A stretch of 64,000 nucleotides of DNA from Parachlamydiales bacterium (GTDB lineage Bacteria > Chlamydiota > Chlamydiia > Chlamydiales > Parachlamydiaceae): positions 1-64,000 of the forward strand of contig JAGVJP010000120.1 in assembly GCA_020051075.1 (NCBI GenBank). The letters run 5' to 3'. Every line of letters starts with the position of its first letter. The first letter of the stretch is position 1. Of this stretch, positions 10,206-22,471 are shown piece by piece. A model generated the notes under the pieces. That model did not search any database. It saw only the letters and a list, made by a program, of their open reading frames with translations, and had not been told where the DNA came from. The position numbers were made by a program, and so were the translations under genes.

Positions 10206-12896
10206 AACACGATTTGTGAGCATACATAGAATCCATGCGATGACTGTTATTGCAGAGATGATTACCCATTCTGTTGAATGTAATGGCACCGTGTGAAAGA
10301 TACCCTGTAAAAAAGGAGTATAAACAATGAGCAGTTGTAATAGAAAAGAAATTCCCATTGCCACAATGATGTAAGGATTTGAAAGAATGTTGACATTGTA
10401 TGGTGCTCTGATGATTTGTACTGCCATGAGTTCTAAGATGACGAGCGTCGTAAAAGCCATCGTTTGAGCAAGTTCACCGCTTTGATGGATTCCAAAATAG
10501 CAGGCGGCTAATGTTCCAATTGCAATTATTACACTGAGCAGAAGCAGGTGAGCTGATCTTTTTCGAGGAATAATGGGGTCGGAAGGTTTTTTCGGAGATT
10601 TTTCCATTCCTTTTGGATCAATAGGGTCGAGGCCAATTGCAATAGCTGGAAAGCCATCAGAAGCTAAATTGATCCAGAGAATTTGCACTGCAGAAAGAGG
10701 AACGAAAGGGTTGCCAGAGAAATCGGTAAAACCAACGATCATTCCCATCAGAACAACAAGGATCTCAGCAATGTTTGAGGAGGCTAAATAACACACAAAT
10801 TTTGTAATGTTATCTTGAATCCCGCGCCCTTCTTCAATGGCGCTGACAATAGACGCAAAATTATCGTCAGAGATGACAATATCAGAAGCTTCTTTTGTTA
10901 CATCTGTTCCTGTTATTCCCATGGCGATGCCGATATCAGCTTCCTTGAGGGCTGGTGCATCATTTACTCCATCTCCTGTCATAGCCACAATAGCTCCTAA
11001 CGACTTCCAGGCATGTACGATTCTCAATTTATGTATGGCTGATGTCCGTGCATAAATAGCAATATTTTGTAAGCGGTTTTTCAGGGAATTTTCATCCATT
11101 TGATCGAGTTCGGCCCCTGTCACGACAGTAGAATCATTTTTTAATAAATTAAGCTCCTTAGCCACGGCAACAGCTGTATCTTTATGATCGCCAGTGATCA
11201 TCACTGTTACAATTCCTGCCTTGCCGCAGATTTCAATCGATTTCTTGACTTCAGGCCTAGGTGGATCCATCATGGCGATCAGTCCAACTATAATCAGGTG
11301 ATCTTCCAGAGAATGTGCGATTTCAGCATCTTGCGGTATTGGACGATACCCCACAGCAAGAACTCGAAGAGCTTGGCTTGCAAGATAAGCATTGGCATCT
11401 AAAATATTTTTTTTAAGCTCAATTGTTAGAGGATGTATTTCCTCATTCAGAAGAATAGATGTTGAATGGGCTAGTATTGAATCCACAGCACCTTTTATAA
11501 AGAGCGTGATCCCTGTAGGGGTTGTTCGAATCATACTCATCCTTTTTCTCTCAGAGTCAAAGGGGATTTCTGACAGAAGGGGATTTTCTCGGTCCAGGTC
11601 TTGCTTAAATAGATTGGCCTTCCCTGCAACTGAGAGCAAAGCCCCTTCGGTTGGATCTCCAGAGATTTCCCAAATCTTTGAATCCTTGTGGACTTGATGT
11701 AAATCTGCGCTGTTGCAAAGGACTCCAATTCTTAGTGCTGTGAGAAGTCCAGGAATATGATTGGGATTGATGGCGATGTGGTTAATTTCAAAGTTTCCTT
11801 CAGGATGATAACCGGTTCCAGTCACATCAATGAAAGTTTGATTAATCCAAATTGACCGTACAGCCATTTCATTTTGGGTGAGGGTTCCTGTTTTATCTGT
11901 GCAGATGACTGTTGTATATCCTAACGTTTCGATAGATGGCAGTCGACGAACTAATGCATTGCGGTTCGCCATCTTATGTACACCAATGGACAAGGCTATT
12001 GTGACAATAGCTAGGAGTCCTTCTGGAATAACTGCAACAGCAAGGCTAATTGAAATGAGGAAATTTTCTATTAAAGGGGTTCCCTTTAAAAAGCCCAAAG
12101 CAAAAACAAGACTCACAATCCCTAAACAAAACCATACAAGGCGAACCCCAATTTTTTGTAAACGGATTTGAAAAGGAGTTTGCTCTTCATTGTCGATTTG
12201 CAAAAGTGAAGCGATTTTACCTAGTTCAGTGTGAGTGCCTGTTTCAGTGATAATCATGTAACCTTTTCCGCTCAGAGCTATTGTACCGAGAAAACCCATG
12301 TTTTTCTTATCACCAACTGATAGCTCACATGTTTCCAGAAGAGGGTTTGCTGTTTTATGAATAGGTATTGATTCTCCTGTGAGGGCAGATTCCTGCGTCG
12401 ACAATCCAAATGACTGAATGAATCTGCCATCGGCAGGAATACGATCGCCTGCCTCAATGAGAACTAGATCACCCGGGACAATATCTTTTGAGGGAAGCGT
12501 TTGTAATTTTCCATCGCGCATAATTTTAGACGTGGGGTTGACCAATTTCTTTAAAGCTGCGAGAGATTGTTCAGCTCGATACTCATGGAAGAATCCCAGG
12601 AATGCGTTAAGAATAATGATCGCAATAATTGCTATAGAATCTATCCATTCTCCTAAGATGCCGGCAATGATTGCTGCAGCAATCAATATCCAAACAATAG
12701 AATTGGAAAATTGATCAAGAAGAAGATGAAGAGAAGATGATCTTTTTGTCTCTGTCAGTTGATTTGGCCCAAATTTTTCTAATCGTTTTTGAGCTTCATG
12801 TGGACTCAATCCCCGATCCGAATCGGTATTGAGATTGTGACTAATTTCTTGTTTTGACTGAAGCCACCAATTTTTGCTTTTTTCTTGTGTATTCAT
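10188..12896 (-). CDS. P-type cation-transporting ATPase (type IIA, Ca2+-like)
   Basis: LTGES, IPEGL, DKTGTLT, MITGD, TGDGVNDAPAL. Confidence 0.95.
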   Translation of the reverse strand: MNTQEKSKNWWLQSKQEISHNLNTDSDRGLSPHEAQKRLEKFGPNQLTETKRSSSLHLLLDQFSNSIVWILIAAAIIAGILGEWIDSIAIIAIIILNAFLGFFHEYRAEQSLAALKKLVNPTSKIMRDGKLQTLPSKDIVPGDLVLIEAGDRIPADGRFIQSFGLSTQESALTGESIPIHKTANPLLETCELSVGDKKNMGFLGTIALSGKGYMIITETGTHTELGKIASLLQIDNEEQTPFQIRLQKIGVRLVWFCLGIVSLVFALGFLKGTPLIENFLISISLAVAVIPEGLLAIVTIALSIGVHKMANRNALVRRLPSIETLGYTTVICTDKTGTLTQNEMAVRSIWINQTFIDVTGTGYHPEGNFEINHIAINPNHIPGLLTALRIGVLCNSADLHQVHKDSKIWEISGDPTEGALLSVAGKANLFKQDLDRENPLLSEIPFDSERKRMSMIRTTPTGITLFIKGAVDSILAHSTSILLNEEIHPLTIELKKNILDANAYLASQALRVLAVGYRPIPQDAEIAHSLEDHLIIVGLIAMMDPPRPEVKKSIEICGKAGIVTVMITGDHKDTAVAVAKELNLLKNDSTVVTGAELDQMDENSLKNRLQNIAIYARTSAIHKLRIVHAWKSLGAIVAMTGDGVNDAPALKEADIGIAMGITGTDVTKEASDIVISDDNFASIVSAIEEGRGIQDNITKFVCYLASSNIAEILVVLMGMIVGFTDFSGNPFVPLSAVQILWINLASDGFPAIAIGLDPIDPKGMEKSPKKPSDPIIPRKRSAHLLLLSVIIAIGTLAACYFGIHQSGELAQTMAFTTLVILELMAVQIIRAPYNVNILSNPYIIVAMGISFLLQLLIVYTPFLQGIFHTVPLHSTEWVIISAITVIAWILCMLTNRVLKTRT

Positions 12897-12900
12897 TCTG

Positions 12901-13548
12901 TTAGAAAGTGAATGTTATGAAGTAAAATGCTGCTGAGATAAAATATATTAGTGTTATTGAAGAAGCAAGATAGCCGAAGAGGATAAAGAGTCCGTCGTCT
13001 TCTAACAATCCCAATCCGAAGAGAAGTATCGACCAGGCAGCTATCAGATTTGAAAAGGGAAGAGGCACTGGTAATGCTAGGCAAATCCCCATGATCACAA
13101 TCACTGTGCTATTGATGATTTGAAAGAGTGGATAATTGCACAACCAAGATAGTCTAGGATAAACCCAAGATTTCAATTTTTTTAACATCCAAAGAATGCT
13201 CGCCGTAATTTTCTGCAAAGTCTCTGGAGTTATTGTTCTTTTGAGAATGGCCTTTGGTAGCCATACATACTTTCCTAACGCCATCTTTAAGCCTATAAAG
13301 GCAATGGCGATTCCAAATGGAGTTGATAATCCCGGAATTTGAAGAGGTTGGCAAAAAGGCAGGCATAAGAAGAGAAGGATTAACGATTGTCCTTTTCCAG
13401 ATAGAATATGCAAGACTTCTTCTACTGAAACTGGAGAATGCTTTCCTATCTCCTGTAAGAGTAAAATATTTTTTTCTGTCGATGAGTCTTGTTTTGTTTT
13501 TTTCACAACTCTGCCGATCGTGTGTTGAGCGGGAGTGTGATTTCTCAC
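12901..13548 (-). CDS. ExoD-family membrane protein
   Basis: LPFCQPLQIPGLSTPFG, VWLPK, PLPFSN, EDDG motifs; GTG start with GGGAG RBS. Confidence 0.85.
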   Translation of the reverse strand: MRNHTPAQHTIGRVVKKTKQDSSTEKNILLLQEIGKHSPVSVEEVLHILSGKGQSLILLFLCLPFCQPLQIPGLSTPFGIAIAFIGLKMALGKYVWLPKAILKRTITPETLQKITASILWMLKKLKSWVYPRLSWLCNYPLFQIINSTVIVIMGICLALPVPLPFSNLIAAWSILLFGLGLLEDDGLFILFGYLASSITLIYFISAAFYFITFTF

Positions 13549-13575
13549 AACTCCCTGCTTTGGGGCTTGGTCGGA

Positions 13576-15222
<1,647 letters not shown>

Positions 15223-15543
15223 TTATTTTTCGACAATTGCCACAATGTCATCGGCGCGGAGAATGACAAATTCTTCACCGTCTAAACTGACTTCTTGACC
15301 TGAGTATTTCTCCATTAAGATAATATCACCGAGCTTGACAGGCATGGGGATGAGGGCGCCGTTTTTATCTTTTTTCCCTAGGCCAACGGCAACAACTTCA
15401 GCCTGTTCTTGCTTTTTCTTCGCAGTGTCAGGAAGGATGATTCCTCCTTTAAGCTTCTCTTCTGCCGCTAATCGGCGAACGAGAACTCTGTTTCCAAGAG
15501 GTTTTAGCTTAATAGCTTGGGAAGTGGCTTGAGCTTGTGTCAT
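15223..15543 (-). CDS. groES: Co-chaperonin GroES
   Basis: LKPLGNRVLV, GGIILPDTAK; directly upstream of groEL. Confidence 0.98.
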   Translation of the reverse strand: MTQAQATSQAIKLKPLGNRVLVRRLAAEEKLKGGIILPDTAKKKQEQAEVVAVGLGKKDKNGALIPMPVKLGDIILMEKYSGQEVSLDGEEFVILRADDIVAIVEK

Positions 15544-15625
15544 AGATAATCTCCTAGTTAGGGTTATTTCAAAGGCTAGAGAATAACTCAGCGCCGATTT
15601 TTGCGCAATTAAATTAGCACTAAAA

Positions 15626-15652
15626 TTAGCACTAATCTTAATGAAGTGCTAA
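15626..15652. promoter_or_regulatory. CIRCE (HrcA operator) upstream of groES, with an extra half-site at 15614-15622
   Basis: TTAGCACTA-N9-AAGTGCTAA vs consensus TTAGCACTC-N9-GAGTGCTAA. Confidence 0.9.
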
Positions 15653-15656
15653 GCGC

Positions 15657-17459
15657 TCAGAGGAGTTCCTCTAATTCCGTTAGCAGGCGATCGAAATAGT
15701 CGATGGCAGCATGGATAGGTTCTGGCGTCGTCATGTCGATGCCAGCCATTTTAAGCATGTCAATGGGGTACTTGCTCGACCCTCCTTTGAGGAAGGAGAG
15801 ATAAGCTTCCCGCTCTTTTTCCCCACCTTTGACGACTTTGTTCGCGAGCGCTAAAGCGGCACTGATTCCTGTTGCATATTGGTAAACATAGAAATTATAG
15901 TAGAAATGGGGAATGCGGGCCCATTCGATGGCGATTTCAGGGTCGCTGACTAAAGCGGGTCCGAAATACGTTTGATTCAATTTGACATACTCTTTTTTTA
16001 ATAGATCAGGCGTCAAAGGAATTTGCTCTTCAACATATTGGTGAATCATCAGTTCAAACTCTGCAAACATGGTCTGGCGGAAGAGAGTCCCACGGATATC
16101 TTCGATCTTTTGGTTGATGAGAAAAATCTTTTCCTCTCGACTTTGACTGCGTTCAATAAGAAGCCGCGTCAGGAGATCTTCATTAAAAGTGGAGGCGACC
16201 TCAGCTAAGAAGATTGTGTAGTCGCTATAGTGGTAAGGCTGGTGCTTGCAGCTATAGAAGCTGTGCATGCTATGACCGACCTCATGGGCTAATGTGAAGA
16301 CATCCCGTAAGATCCCTTTATAATTCATCAAAATATAGGGCATGCTATCATAACAGCCGCTGGAATAAGCACCTGATCTTTTGTTTTCATTTTCATATCG
16401 ATCGACCCATCGGCCCTGTTTGAGTCCACGTCGTAACTCATTTTGATAGTCAACTCCTAAAGGGTGGACAGATTCGATCACTAGATCTTCAGCCTCTTCA
16501 TAGGACATGCGGATGTCGACAGCTTGGGTCAGAGGAACGTGGATATCGTAGTGATGCAGTTCTTTCAGGTTGAGCACTCGCTTGCGGATTTCCATATAGC
16601 GGTGATGAACGTTTAGGCGATCATGAACAGCCTGAACAAGAGCATGAAAAACACTCGTTTCAATATTTTTCGGATAAAGCGCAGCATTTAAACAGGAAGG
16701 GTAATGGCGTGAGCGCGCTTGAAAAAGATGGCTTTGCACTTGTCCATTTAACAATTCGCAGAGCGTATTCTCATATTTTTCGTATTGAGTACAATATTTA
16801 TTGAAGGCATTTTTCCGCAGCTGGCGATCATGATCGCGAATATAAAGAGCGTAAGTGGCATGTGAGAGTGGTTTAGAGGCGCCGCTGCTGTCAGAGACCT
16901 CACCAAATTTAAAATCTGCATCGTTAATTGCACTAAAAGCTTTGGATGGAGTTTGGAGAGACTGTCCTGCAAGAGCGATGAGCTTTTCATTCTCAGGTGA
17001 TAAGGTGTGTTTCTTTAACCGCATCATCTTTTCTAGAAAGAAGTGGTAATCGGCAAGAAGAGGAGAGGCGAGATAATGGCTAAGTGTTGATTCGGGAAGA
17101 GAGAGCAGCTCTGGTTGAAACCATGCAGACTCTTCAGCGAAAGAATGGGCAAGGGTGGTGATTTTTTCATAGTCTTTTTTGTATTCTGAATTGGCAATAT
17201 CTTCGTCATGCCGAAGATGAGCATACGTGTAGAGTTTGGATATCTGCCTATCGATTCCAAGGAATAGTTCCAGTGCTTTTTTTAATTGCTCAGGCCCTTG
17301 ATTTAGAGTTCCCATGTAAGAATGGAGCATGGGCCAATTGTGTTTTTCTTTATGGTCTTTAATCAGATCCTTGACTGATTGTTTCCAAGAAGTTTGTGAA
17401 GAAAATAAGGACTCAACGTTCCAACGATCTTCTACTGCGACATCACTTCTTTTTTTCAT
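15657..17459 (-). CDS. pepF: Oligoendopeptidase F (M3B)
   Basis: KRSGAYSSG, HEVGHSMH, AEVAS, WARIPHFY. Confidence 0.95.
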   Translation of the reverse strand: MKKRSDVAVEDRWNVESLFSSQTSWKQSVKDLIKDHKEKHNWPMLHSYMGTLNQGPEQLKKALELFLGIDRQISKLYTYAHLRHDEDIANSEYKKDYEKITTLAHSFAEESAWFQPELLSLPESTLSHYLASPLLADYHFFLEKMMRLKKHTLSPENEKLIALAGQSLQTPSKAFSAINDADFKFGEVSDSSGASKPLSHATYALYIRDHDRQLRKNAFNKYCTQYEKYENTLCELLNGQVQSHLFQARSRHYPSCLNAALYPKNIETSVFHALVQAVHDRLNVHHRYMEIRKRVLNLKELHHYDIHVPLTQAVDIRMSYEEAEDLVIESVHPLGVDYQNELRRGLKQGRWVDRYENENKRSGAYSSGCYDSMPYILMNYKGILRDVFTLAHEVGHSMHSFYSCKHQPYHYSDYTIFLAEVASTFNEDLLTRLLIERSQSREEKIFLINQKIEDIRGTLFRQTMFAEFELMIHQYVEEQIPLTPDLLKKEYVKLNQTYFGPALVSDPEIAIEWARIPHFYYNFYVYQYATGISAALALANKVVKGGEKEREAYLSFLKGGSSKYPIDMLKMAGIDMTTPEPIHAAIDYFDRLLTELEELL

Positions 17460-17560
17460 GCGATAACCCCCATTTTTCAGAAAAAGTTTGCTATTAAATT
17501 CTCAGACCCATTATACCAGCATCTCATCGATAAGGATATTGGATTAGAGGATAAAACGCG

Positions 17561-17857
17561 ATGGTAAATGAACTTCCTAAGAAACCAATTGCAAAAGGAA
17601 AGTTTATAGTCCAAAATGACCGTGGGCTTCACACCCGTCCTTCAACAGAATTAGTTAAATGCGCAGGTTCATTTCGATGCCGCGTCTTACTGACTTATCA
17701 TAAGCACTCAGTGAATGCTAAATCGCTGTTAGGGATCTTAATGCTTGGGGCGGTTAAAGGGGCTAAAATAAAAATTGAGGCTGAAGGCGATGATGCTGAG
17801 AGAGCTGTTGAATCTATCATTGAATTAGCTAATAACAAATTTTATATCAATTATTAA
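17561..17857 (+). CDS. ptsH: Phosphocarrier protein HPr
   Basis: GLHTRP (His15 motif), NAKSLLGIL (Ser46 motif). Confidence 0.93.
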   Translation: MVNELPKKPIAKGKFIVQNDRGLHTRPSTELVKCAGSFRCRVLLTYHKHSVNAKSLLGILMLGAVKGAKIKIEAEGDDAERAVESIIELANNKFYINY

Positions 17858-17961
17858 TTAAAACACAGAGACAGAGGGCACGGAGAGATATCTATTTATT
17901 CTGTGCCTTTCGATGCCTGCGTTAATTGATTATTCTCTATGTTTACCCTCTGTGTTTCTAT
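17856..17961. repeat. CACAGAG-type inverted periodic element between convergent genes
   Basis: AATTAAAACACAGAGACACAG identical to 62305-62325; shared ATGTTTACCCTCTGTGTT. Confidence 0.85.
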
Positions 17962-17972
17962 TTCCTCTTGGA

Positions 17973-18386
17973 TTACTCCTCAACAGGGATTGTTTTTTCA
18001 AGAACTTCTTTTGTGCAGTAAATCGGGGCATTGCCAGTTAGAGCTAAAATAAGGGAATCGCTGGGCCGAGCGTCGATTTCTATGATGTGTCTGATATCGC
18101 CTAGGTCTTGTTCTAAAAAAAGATGTGCATAGTAGATTGTGTCTTGTACGTCGTAGATGACAACCTGCTTGACGCGGATTTCGGTGCCTTTGAAGATTTT
18201 GTCTATGAGTTCATGTGTTTGAGGACGAGTACTCTCGACTTCTGTCAGAATCATCTGCAACGTTTTACCAACATTAGGTTCAGTATAGATAGCAAATCGC
18301 TTCTCTTGTCCTTTTAAGATAATGACAGTGTAGGTCTTCGTCTGCATGATCTTGTCAAATGAAAGTTGTAATAATTCTGATTCCAT
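17973..18386 (-). CDS. Bifunctional nuclease / DUF151 family protein
   Basis: RPQTHEL and IDARPSDSLILAL motifs. Confidence 0.85.
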   Translation of the reverse strand: MESELLQLSFDKIMQTKTYTVIILKGQEKRFAIYTEPNVGKTLQMILTEVESTRPQTHELIDKIFKGTEIRVKQVVIYDVQDTIYYAHLFLEQDLGDIRHIIEIDARPSDSLILALTGNAPIYCTKEVLEKTIPVEE

Positions 18387-18404
18387 TTTCCTTGTCCGTA
18401 TTTC

Positions 18405-19100
18405 CTATGTAAGAATTGTGACATTTCCATTTTGATATCCAACAACGACTCTCCCTGCGATATGGAAGAAGAGGCCAGTCTCAACAACTCCTGGAATAAG
18501 TTTAATTTTTTCATGTTCCTTTTCAGGCTCGTTGATAGCACTGTGAATGTGTATATCGAAGATGTAATTTCCATTATCAGTGATGAATAAATCTCCCGAT
18601 TCTTTGAAACGGATCGTCCCTTCATAACCTATTGCTTCTAGCCTTTTGATTGTTGTCTTGCAAGCAAAGCGAACGATCTCTACTGGGAGGGGAGCTCCTC
18701 CTAACTGTTTGACTAGTTTGCTCTCGTCGATGATCACCACCATTTCCTTACTGGCTAATGCTACCAGCTTCTCTCTTAGTAATGCCCCTCCCCCTCCTTT
18801 AATCATATTCTTATGAGGGTCCAGTTCATCTGCGCCATCGACAGTCAGATCGAGAGAATCAACAGCATCCGAGTCTAATAAAGGGATTCCAGCAATCTGC
18901 GCCTTCTGCAAAGAGTTCTGAGACGTGGCGACAGCATGGATAGAGAGTCCATCCCGACAGCGTTTTGCCAAAGCTTCAAGAAAAAATGCAGTTGTCGAAC
19001 CAGTCCCAAGGCCTACCAACATACCCTCTTCAATAAGATTTGCTGCAGCATAACCGGCGGATTTTTTTGCTGTATCATTTGAGGTCTTTGTTCTTGCCAT
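18405..19100 (-). CDS. rpiA: Ribose-5-phosphate isomerase A
   Basis: GLGTGST, DGADE, IKGGGGALLREK, GVVETGLF. Confidence 0.97.
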   Translation of the reverse strand: MARTKTSNDTAKKSAGYAAANLIEEGMLVGLGTGSTTAFFLEALAKRCRDGLSIHAVATSQNSLQKAQIAGIPLLDSDAVDSLDLTVDGADELDPHKNMIKGGGGALLREKLVALASKEMVVIIDESKLVKQLGGAPLPVEIVRFACKTTIKRLEAIGYEGTIRFKESGDLFITDNGNYIFDIHIHSAINEPEKEHEKIKLIPGVVETGLFFHIAGRVVVGYQNGNVTILT

Positions 19101-19240
19101 TTTAACCTAACTTTACCGATTCTTCCTAGACGCCGGTATAACATAACCACTTCTTTAACTGCAATCTAATCGCGCCTACGTCCAGCCAGCGCCCAAGCTG
19201 CTGATGCTTGTGAATCCTAATACGCATCAGACTAAGACCA

Positions 19241-19276
19241 TTCGTGCCCGTGCCCGGGCAGGGGCACGGGCACGAA
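19241..19276. repeat. GC-rich hairpin built from GTGCCC hexamers
   Basis: TTCGTGCCCGTGCCC-GGGCAG-GGGCACGGGCACGAA, perfect 15-bp stem. Confidence 0.85.
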
Positions 19277-19377
19277 AGGATAAGGGACAATCGGGCATGC
19301 GTGATGCAGGGGGAACTTGCATATTGATCCGGAAGAGGGTTAGTGATATCTTCAATCTCTCAATGGAGGAGGCGGAT

Positions 19378-20130
19378 ATGGACTTAAACGAATTATCAAA
19401 GTTTCTAGACGAATTATTGCCAAGCAATGGATTGACAGATCATTGTCCAAATGGTTTGCAAGTAGAGGGGAAAAGCCAAGTTCTGAAAATTGCAACGGCA
19501 GTATCAGCGAGCTTATCTACCATTGAAGTAGCAGTCGAGCAGAATGTTGATGTCCTCATCGTTCATCATGGCCTTTTTTGGCAGCGGGATAGTTATGTCA
19601 TTCAAGGAGTTAAAAGGAAAAAACTGTCTTTACTCCTGGAGCATGGAATTTCTTTATTCGCCTATCACTTACCTTTAGACATTCATCATTCTCTAGGAAA
19701 TAATTGGAGAGCCGCACTAGATTTAGGTTGGAAGAATTTACAGCCTTTTGGTTATGTCAATGGCGTTCCCATTGGAGTTATGGGGCAAGTTGACTTATGT
19801 TCGAGTGAGGAACTTCAGAAAAAAATTGAATCCTATTATCGACATCCTGCCACATGTGCATGGGGTGCGCGTAGACCCATCCAAAACGTTGCACTAGTTT
19901 CAGGAAGTGGGTATCGACTTGTTGGAGAAGCTGCCGCAAACGGGATCGATGCCTTTATTACTGGCAGTTTTGATGAACCGGCGTGGCATCAAGCGTTGGA
20001 AGAAGGGATAGATTTTTTTGCATTGGGACATTCGGCCACGGAACGGATCGGTCCTTCTGCGCTTGCAGAATATCTCAATCATCAGCTTTCTGTTCAAACT
20101 CATTTTATTGATATTGAGAATCCGTTTTAG
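19378..20130 (+). CDS. Nif3/YbgI-like dinuclear metal centre protein
   Basis: NGLQVEG, VHHGLFW, YHLPLD, GHSATE; start placed at ATG after GGAGG RBS. Confidence 0.92.
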   Translation: MDLNELSKFLDELLPSNGLTDHCPNGLQVEGKSQVLKIATAVSASLSTIEVAVEQNVDVLIVHHGLFWQRDSYVIQGVKRKKLSLLLEHGISLFAYHLPLDIHHSLGNNWRAALDLGWKNLQPFGYVNGVPIGVMGQVDLCSSEELQKKIESYYRHPATCAWGARRPIQNVALVSGSGYRLVGEAAANGIDAFITGSFDEPAWHQALEEGIDFFALGHSATERIGPSALAEYLNHQLSVQTHFIDIENPF

Positions 20131-20273
20131 TCCTTTAAGATCAATTATTTTTCCATCGGCTTTGTATGAAGTTGACAGAAAATCGACACAATACGACAAT
20201 GTCCACGCCCTATTCAAACGGTTTTTTGACGTTTTTGTTATTCAAAAACTATAACAATTTAGTGCTTAAGGAT

Positions 20274-21551
20274 ATGAAAAATATTATTGAAACATTGGAA
20301 GAACGAGGCTTCATCGAAGCGTTGACCAGTGAAGAAATTCGACGTTTAACTCAGCAATCTATCAATGTCTATTGTGGTTTTGATCCTACTGCAGACAGTT
20401 TACATCTCGGCAATCTTGTCGGAATGATGGGGCTTGCCTGGTTCCAGCGGTTCGGTCATCGCCCCTATGCCATCGTTGGAGGTGCGACTGGGATGATTGG
20501 AGATCCCTCTGGAAAAAATTCTGAAAGACAGCTCTTAGATGAAAAAACGATAGAATCTAACCTTATAGGAATAACAAAAAATTTAAGCGCCATCCTCGAT
20601 TTTTCCCACCCCACTGCATCAGCTCAAATCATAAACAATTTCGATTGGTTCAAAGATTTTTCGTTCATTCAATTCTTACGCGATGTTGGGAAGTTGTTTC
20701 GTTTAGGACCGATGCTTGCTAAGGATAGTGTAAAAGCACGTCTGCAGTCTGAAGAGGGGATGAGCTTTACCGAATTTTCTTATCAAGTTTTGCAGGGCTA
20801 CGATTTTTTACACCTCTACCAGAACCATCAAGTGGTTTTACAACTAGGGGGGAGCGATCAATGGGGAAATATCACAGCAGGGATTGAGCTCATCCGTAAA
20901 GAACTCGGCAAATCCTCATATGGGATCACTTTTCCTCTTATCACCCGGAGTGATGGACAGAAATTTGGCAAATCAGAGCAAGGAGCGATTTGGCTCTCCT
21001 CCGATAAGTTATCTGTTTATGAGTTTTATCAGTATCTCGTCCGCGTAGAGGATGCAGATGTGATTAAATTAATGAGAATGCTTACGTTTATGGAAATGGA
21101 GGAGATCCGTCGTTATGAACGGCTGATGGGTGAGTCAGACTATATTCCACGAACAGCCCAAAAACGTCTGGCAGAAGAAGTCACCCGCATCGTTCATGGT
21201 GAAAATGGATTACAGACAGCTATGAGAGTGACTCAGGGCGTTGCTCCAGGTTCAGAAGCTACCCTTAATCCAGAAATTTTAGAAAGCCTTGCTGGTGATA
21301 TGCCAAGCAAAGAGATCGATCGTGAATCGTTATTAGGAAAAAAATTAGTGGATCTCTTAACTGAGGTAGGTCTTCAATCGAGTAAAGGGGAAGCAAAAAG
21401 GTTGATTCGCAACGGCGGTGTCTATCTCAATAATGAAAAAATTATAGATGAAAATTATGTTATAACCCCTAATGCATTGATTGATAATCGGTTGATTTTG
21501 CTTTCGGCCGGAAAAAAAAATAAGGTTCTTGTCAGAGTGTATGGCAAGTGA
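20274..21551 (+). CDS. tyrS: Tyrosyl-tRNA synthetase
   Basis: GFDPTADSLHLGN, GGSDQWGNI, KFGKS, S4 domain; TTGACG/TATAAC promoter at 20226-20255 supports ATG 20274. Confidence 0.97.
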   Translation: MKNIIETLEERGFIEALTSEEIRRLTQQSINVYCGFDPTADSLHLGNLVGMMGLAWFQRFGHRPYAIVGGATGMIGDPSGKNSERQLLDEKTIESNLIGITKNLSAILDFSHPTASAQIINNFDWFKDFSFIQFLRDVGKLFRLGPMLAKDSVKARLQSEEGMSFTEFSYQVLQGYDFLHLYQNHQVVLQLGGSDQWGNITAGIELIRKELGKSSYGITFPLITRSDGQKFGKSEQGAIWLSSDKLSVYEFYQYLVRVEDADVIKLMRMLTFMEMEEIRRYERLMGESDYIPRTAQKRLAEEVTRIVHGENGLQTAMRVTQGVAPGSEATLNPEILESLAGDMPSKEIDRESLLGKKLVDLLTEVGLQSSKGEAKRLIRNGGVYLNNEKIIDENYVITPNALIDNRLILLSAGKKNKVLVRVYGK

Positions 21552-21780
21552 AAATAACTTGAATTCAATAGGGAATTCCATATCATTAAAGTGTGTTGAA
21601 AATTTTTTATTTACCAAAGTGAAGTGATAATTTTGTAGATCGATTGTCTGAAAAATTATAGACATTCGTGTAAGTTGTTTAATAAGATGAATATTCATAG
21701 GTTTTTTCGTTTCTAATAGAAAGGATCTGTGAGGCGTCTTTGTTTCATGAAAAAAGAGCAAAAGGAAGGAGTCCTAAGCT

Positions 21781-22113
21781 ATGGCAACAAGTAGTAGTAA
21801 GAAGAATACCACGACAAAAAAGAAGTTGATAAATTCCATCTCGCAAGATAAGGGAATTCATCCAAACGATGTACGTCATGTGATTCAAGCCTTTCTAGAC
21901 AAAATTACAGATTGCTTGTCACAAGGCGAGCGTCTTGAATTCCGTGAATTCGGAGTTTTTGAAGTTGTCGAAAGAAAGCAGAAAATTGGGAGAAATCCAA
22001 AAAATGCCACTGTACCCATTGTTATCCCTGCGCGGTTAGCGGTAAAATTTACCCCTGGGAAGAAAATGCGCTGTGTCGTTGAAACAGATCAATACGTTGA
22101 ATCTGAGGTTTAA
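21781..22113 (+). CDS. ihfA: HU/IHF family DNA-binding protein
   Basis: FREFGVF, GRNPKN, VKFTPGK. Confidence 0.85.
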   Translation: MATSSSKKNTTTKKKLINSISQDKGIHPNDVRHVIQAFLDKITDCLSQGERLEFREFGVFEVVERKQKIGRNPKNATVPIVIPARLAVKFTPGKKMRCVVETDQYVESEV

Positions 22114-22471
22114 ATCCAAAGAGGATTATAAGATAAAGATTATTCTTATCGAAGATAACTTGGGTGTTTAGCACTTTTTCTACATAAATCGAAATACTTG
22201 ACATACTACCCCTCAATTTCCGACCTTCCTCACCGACTGACTTGCTCTTCTTCTTAACCTCTCTCTCCTATTTCCCTTTAGACAATGCGACGGCTATACT
22301 AAAACCCGGCATGAACAAAACATTATGTTCTCTTTCAAGATTCGCTGAATTTTGATCGTTGGAAAAGCTCAGATATTCAACTGAATTCTGGCTTTTCTCC
22401 TTGAGTCTGATCATCTTAAATGATATCTTTATCTTGGAATTTTACAGTGACACTGATTTGGAATCAATCTC

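Noticed and set aside
19204..19377. N-terminal extension of Nif3 (RARARAGARAR)
   Set aside because: Read-through of the hexamer hairpin; a strong RBS precedes ATG 19378
22114..22471. Small ORFs or ncRNA in the pyrimidine-rich region after ihfA
   Set aside because: No convincing coding signal or stable structure found by eye
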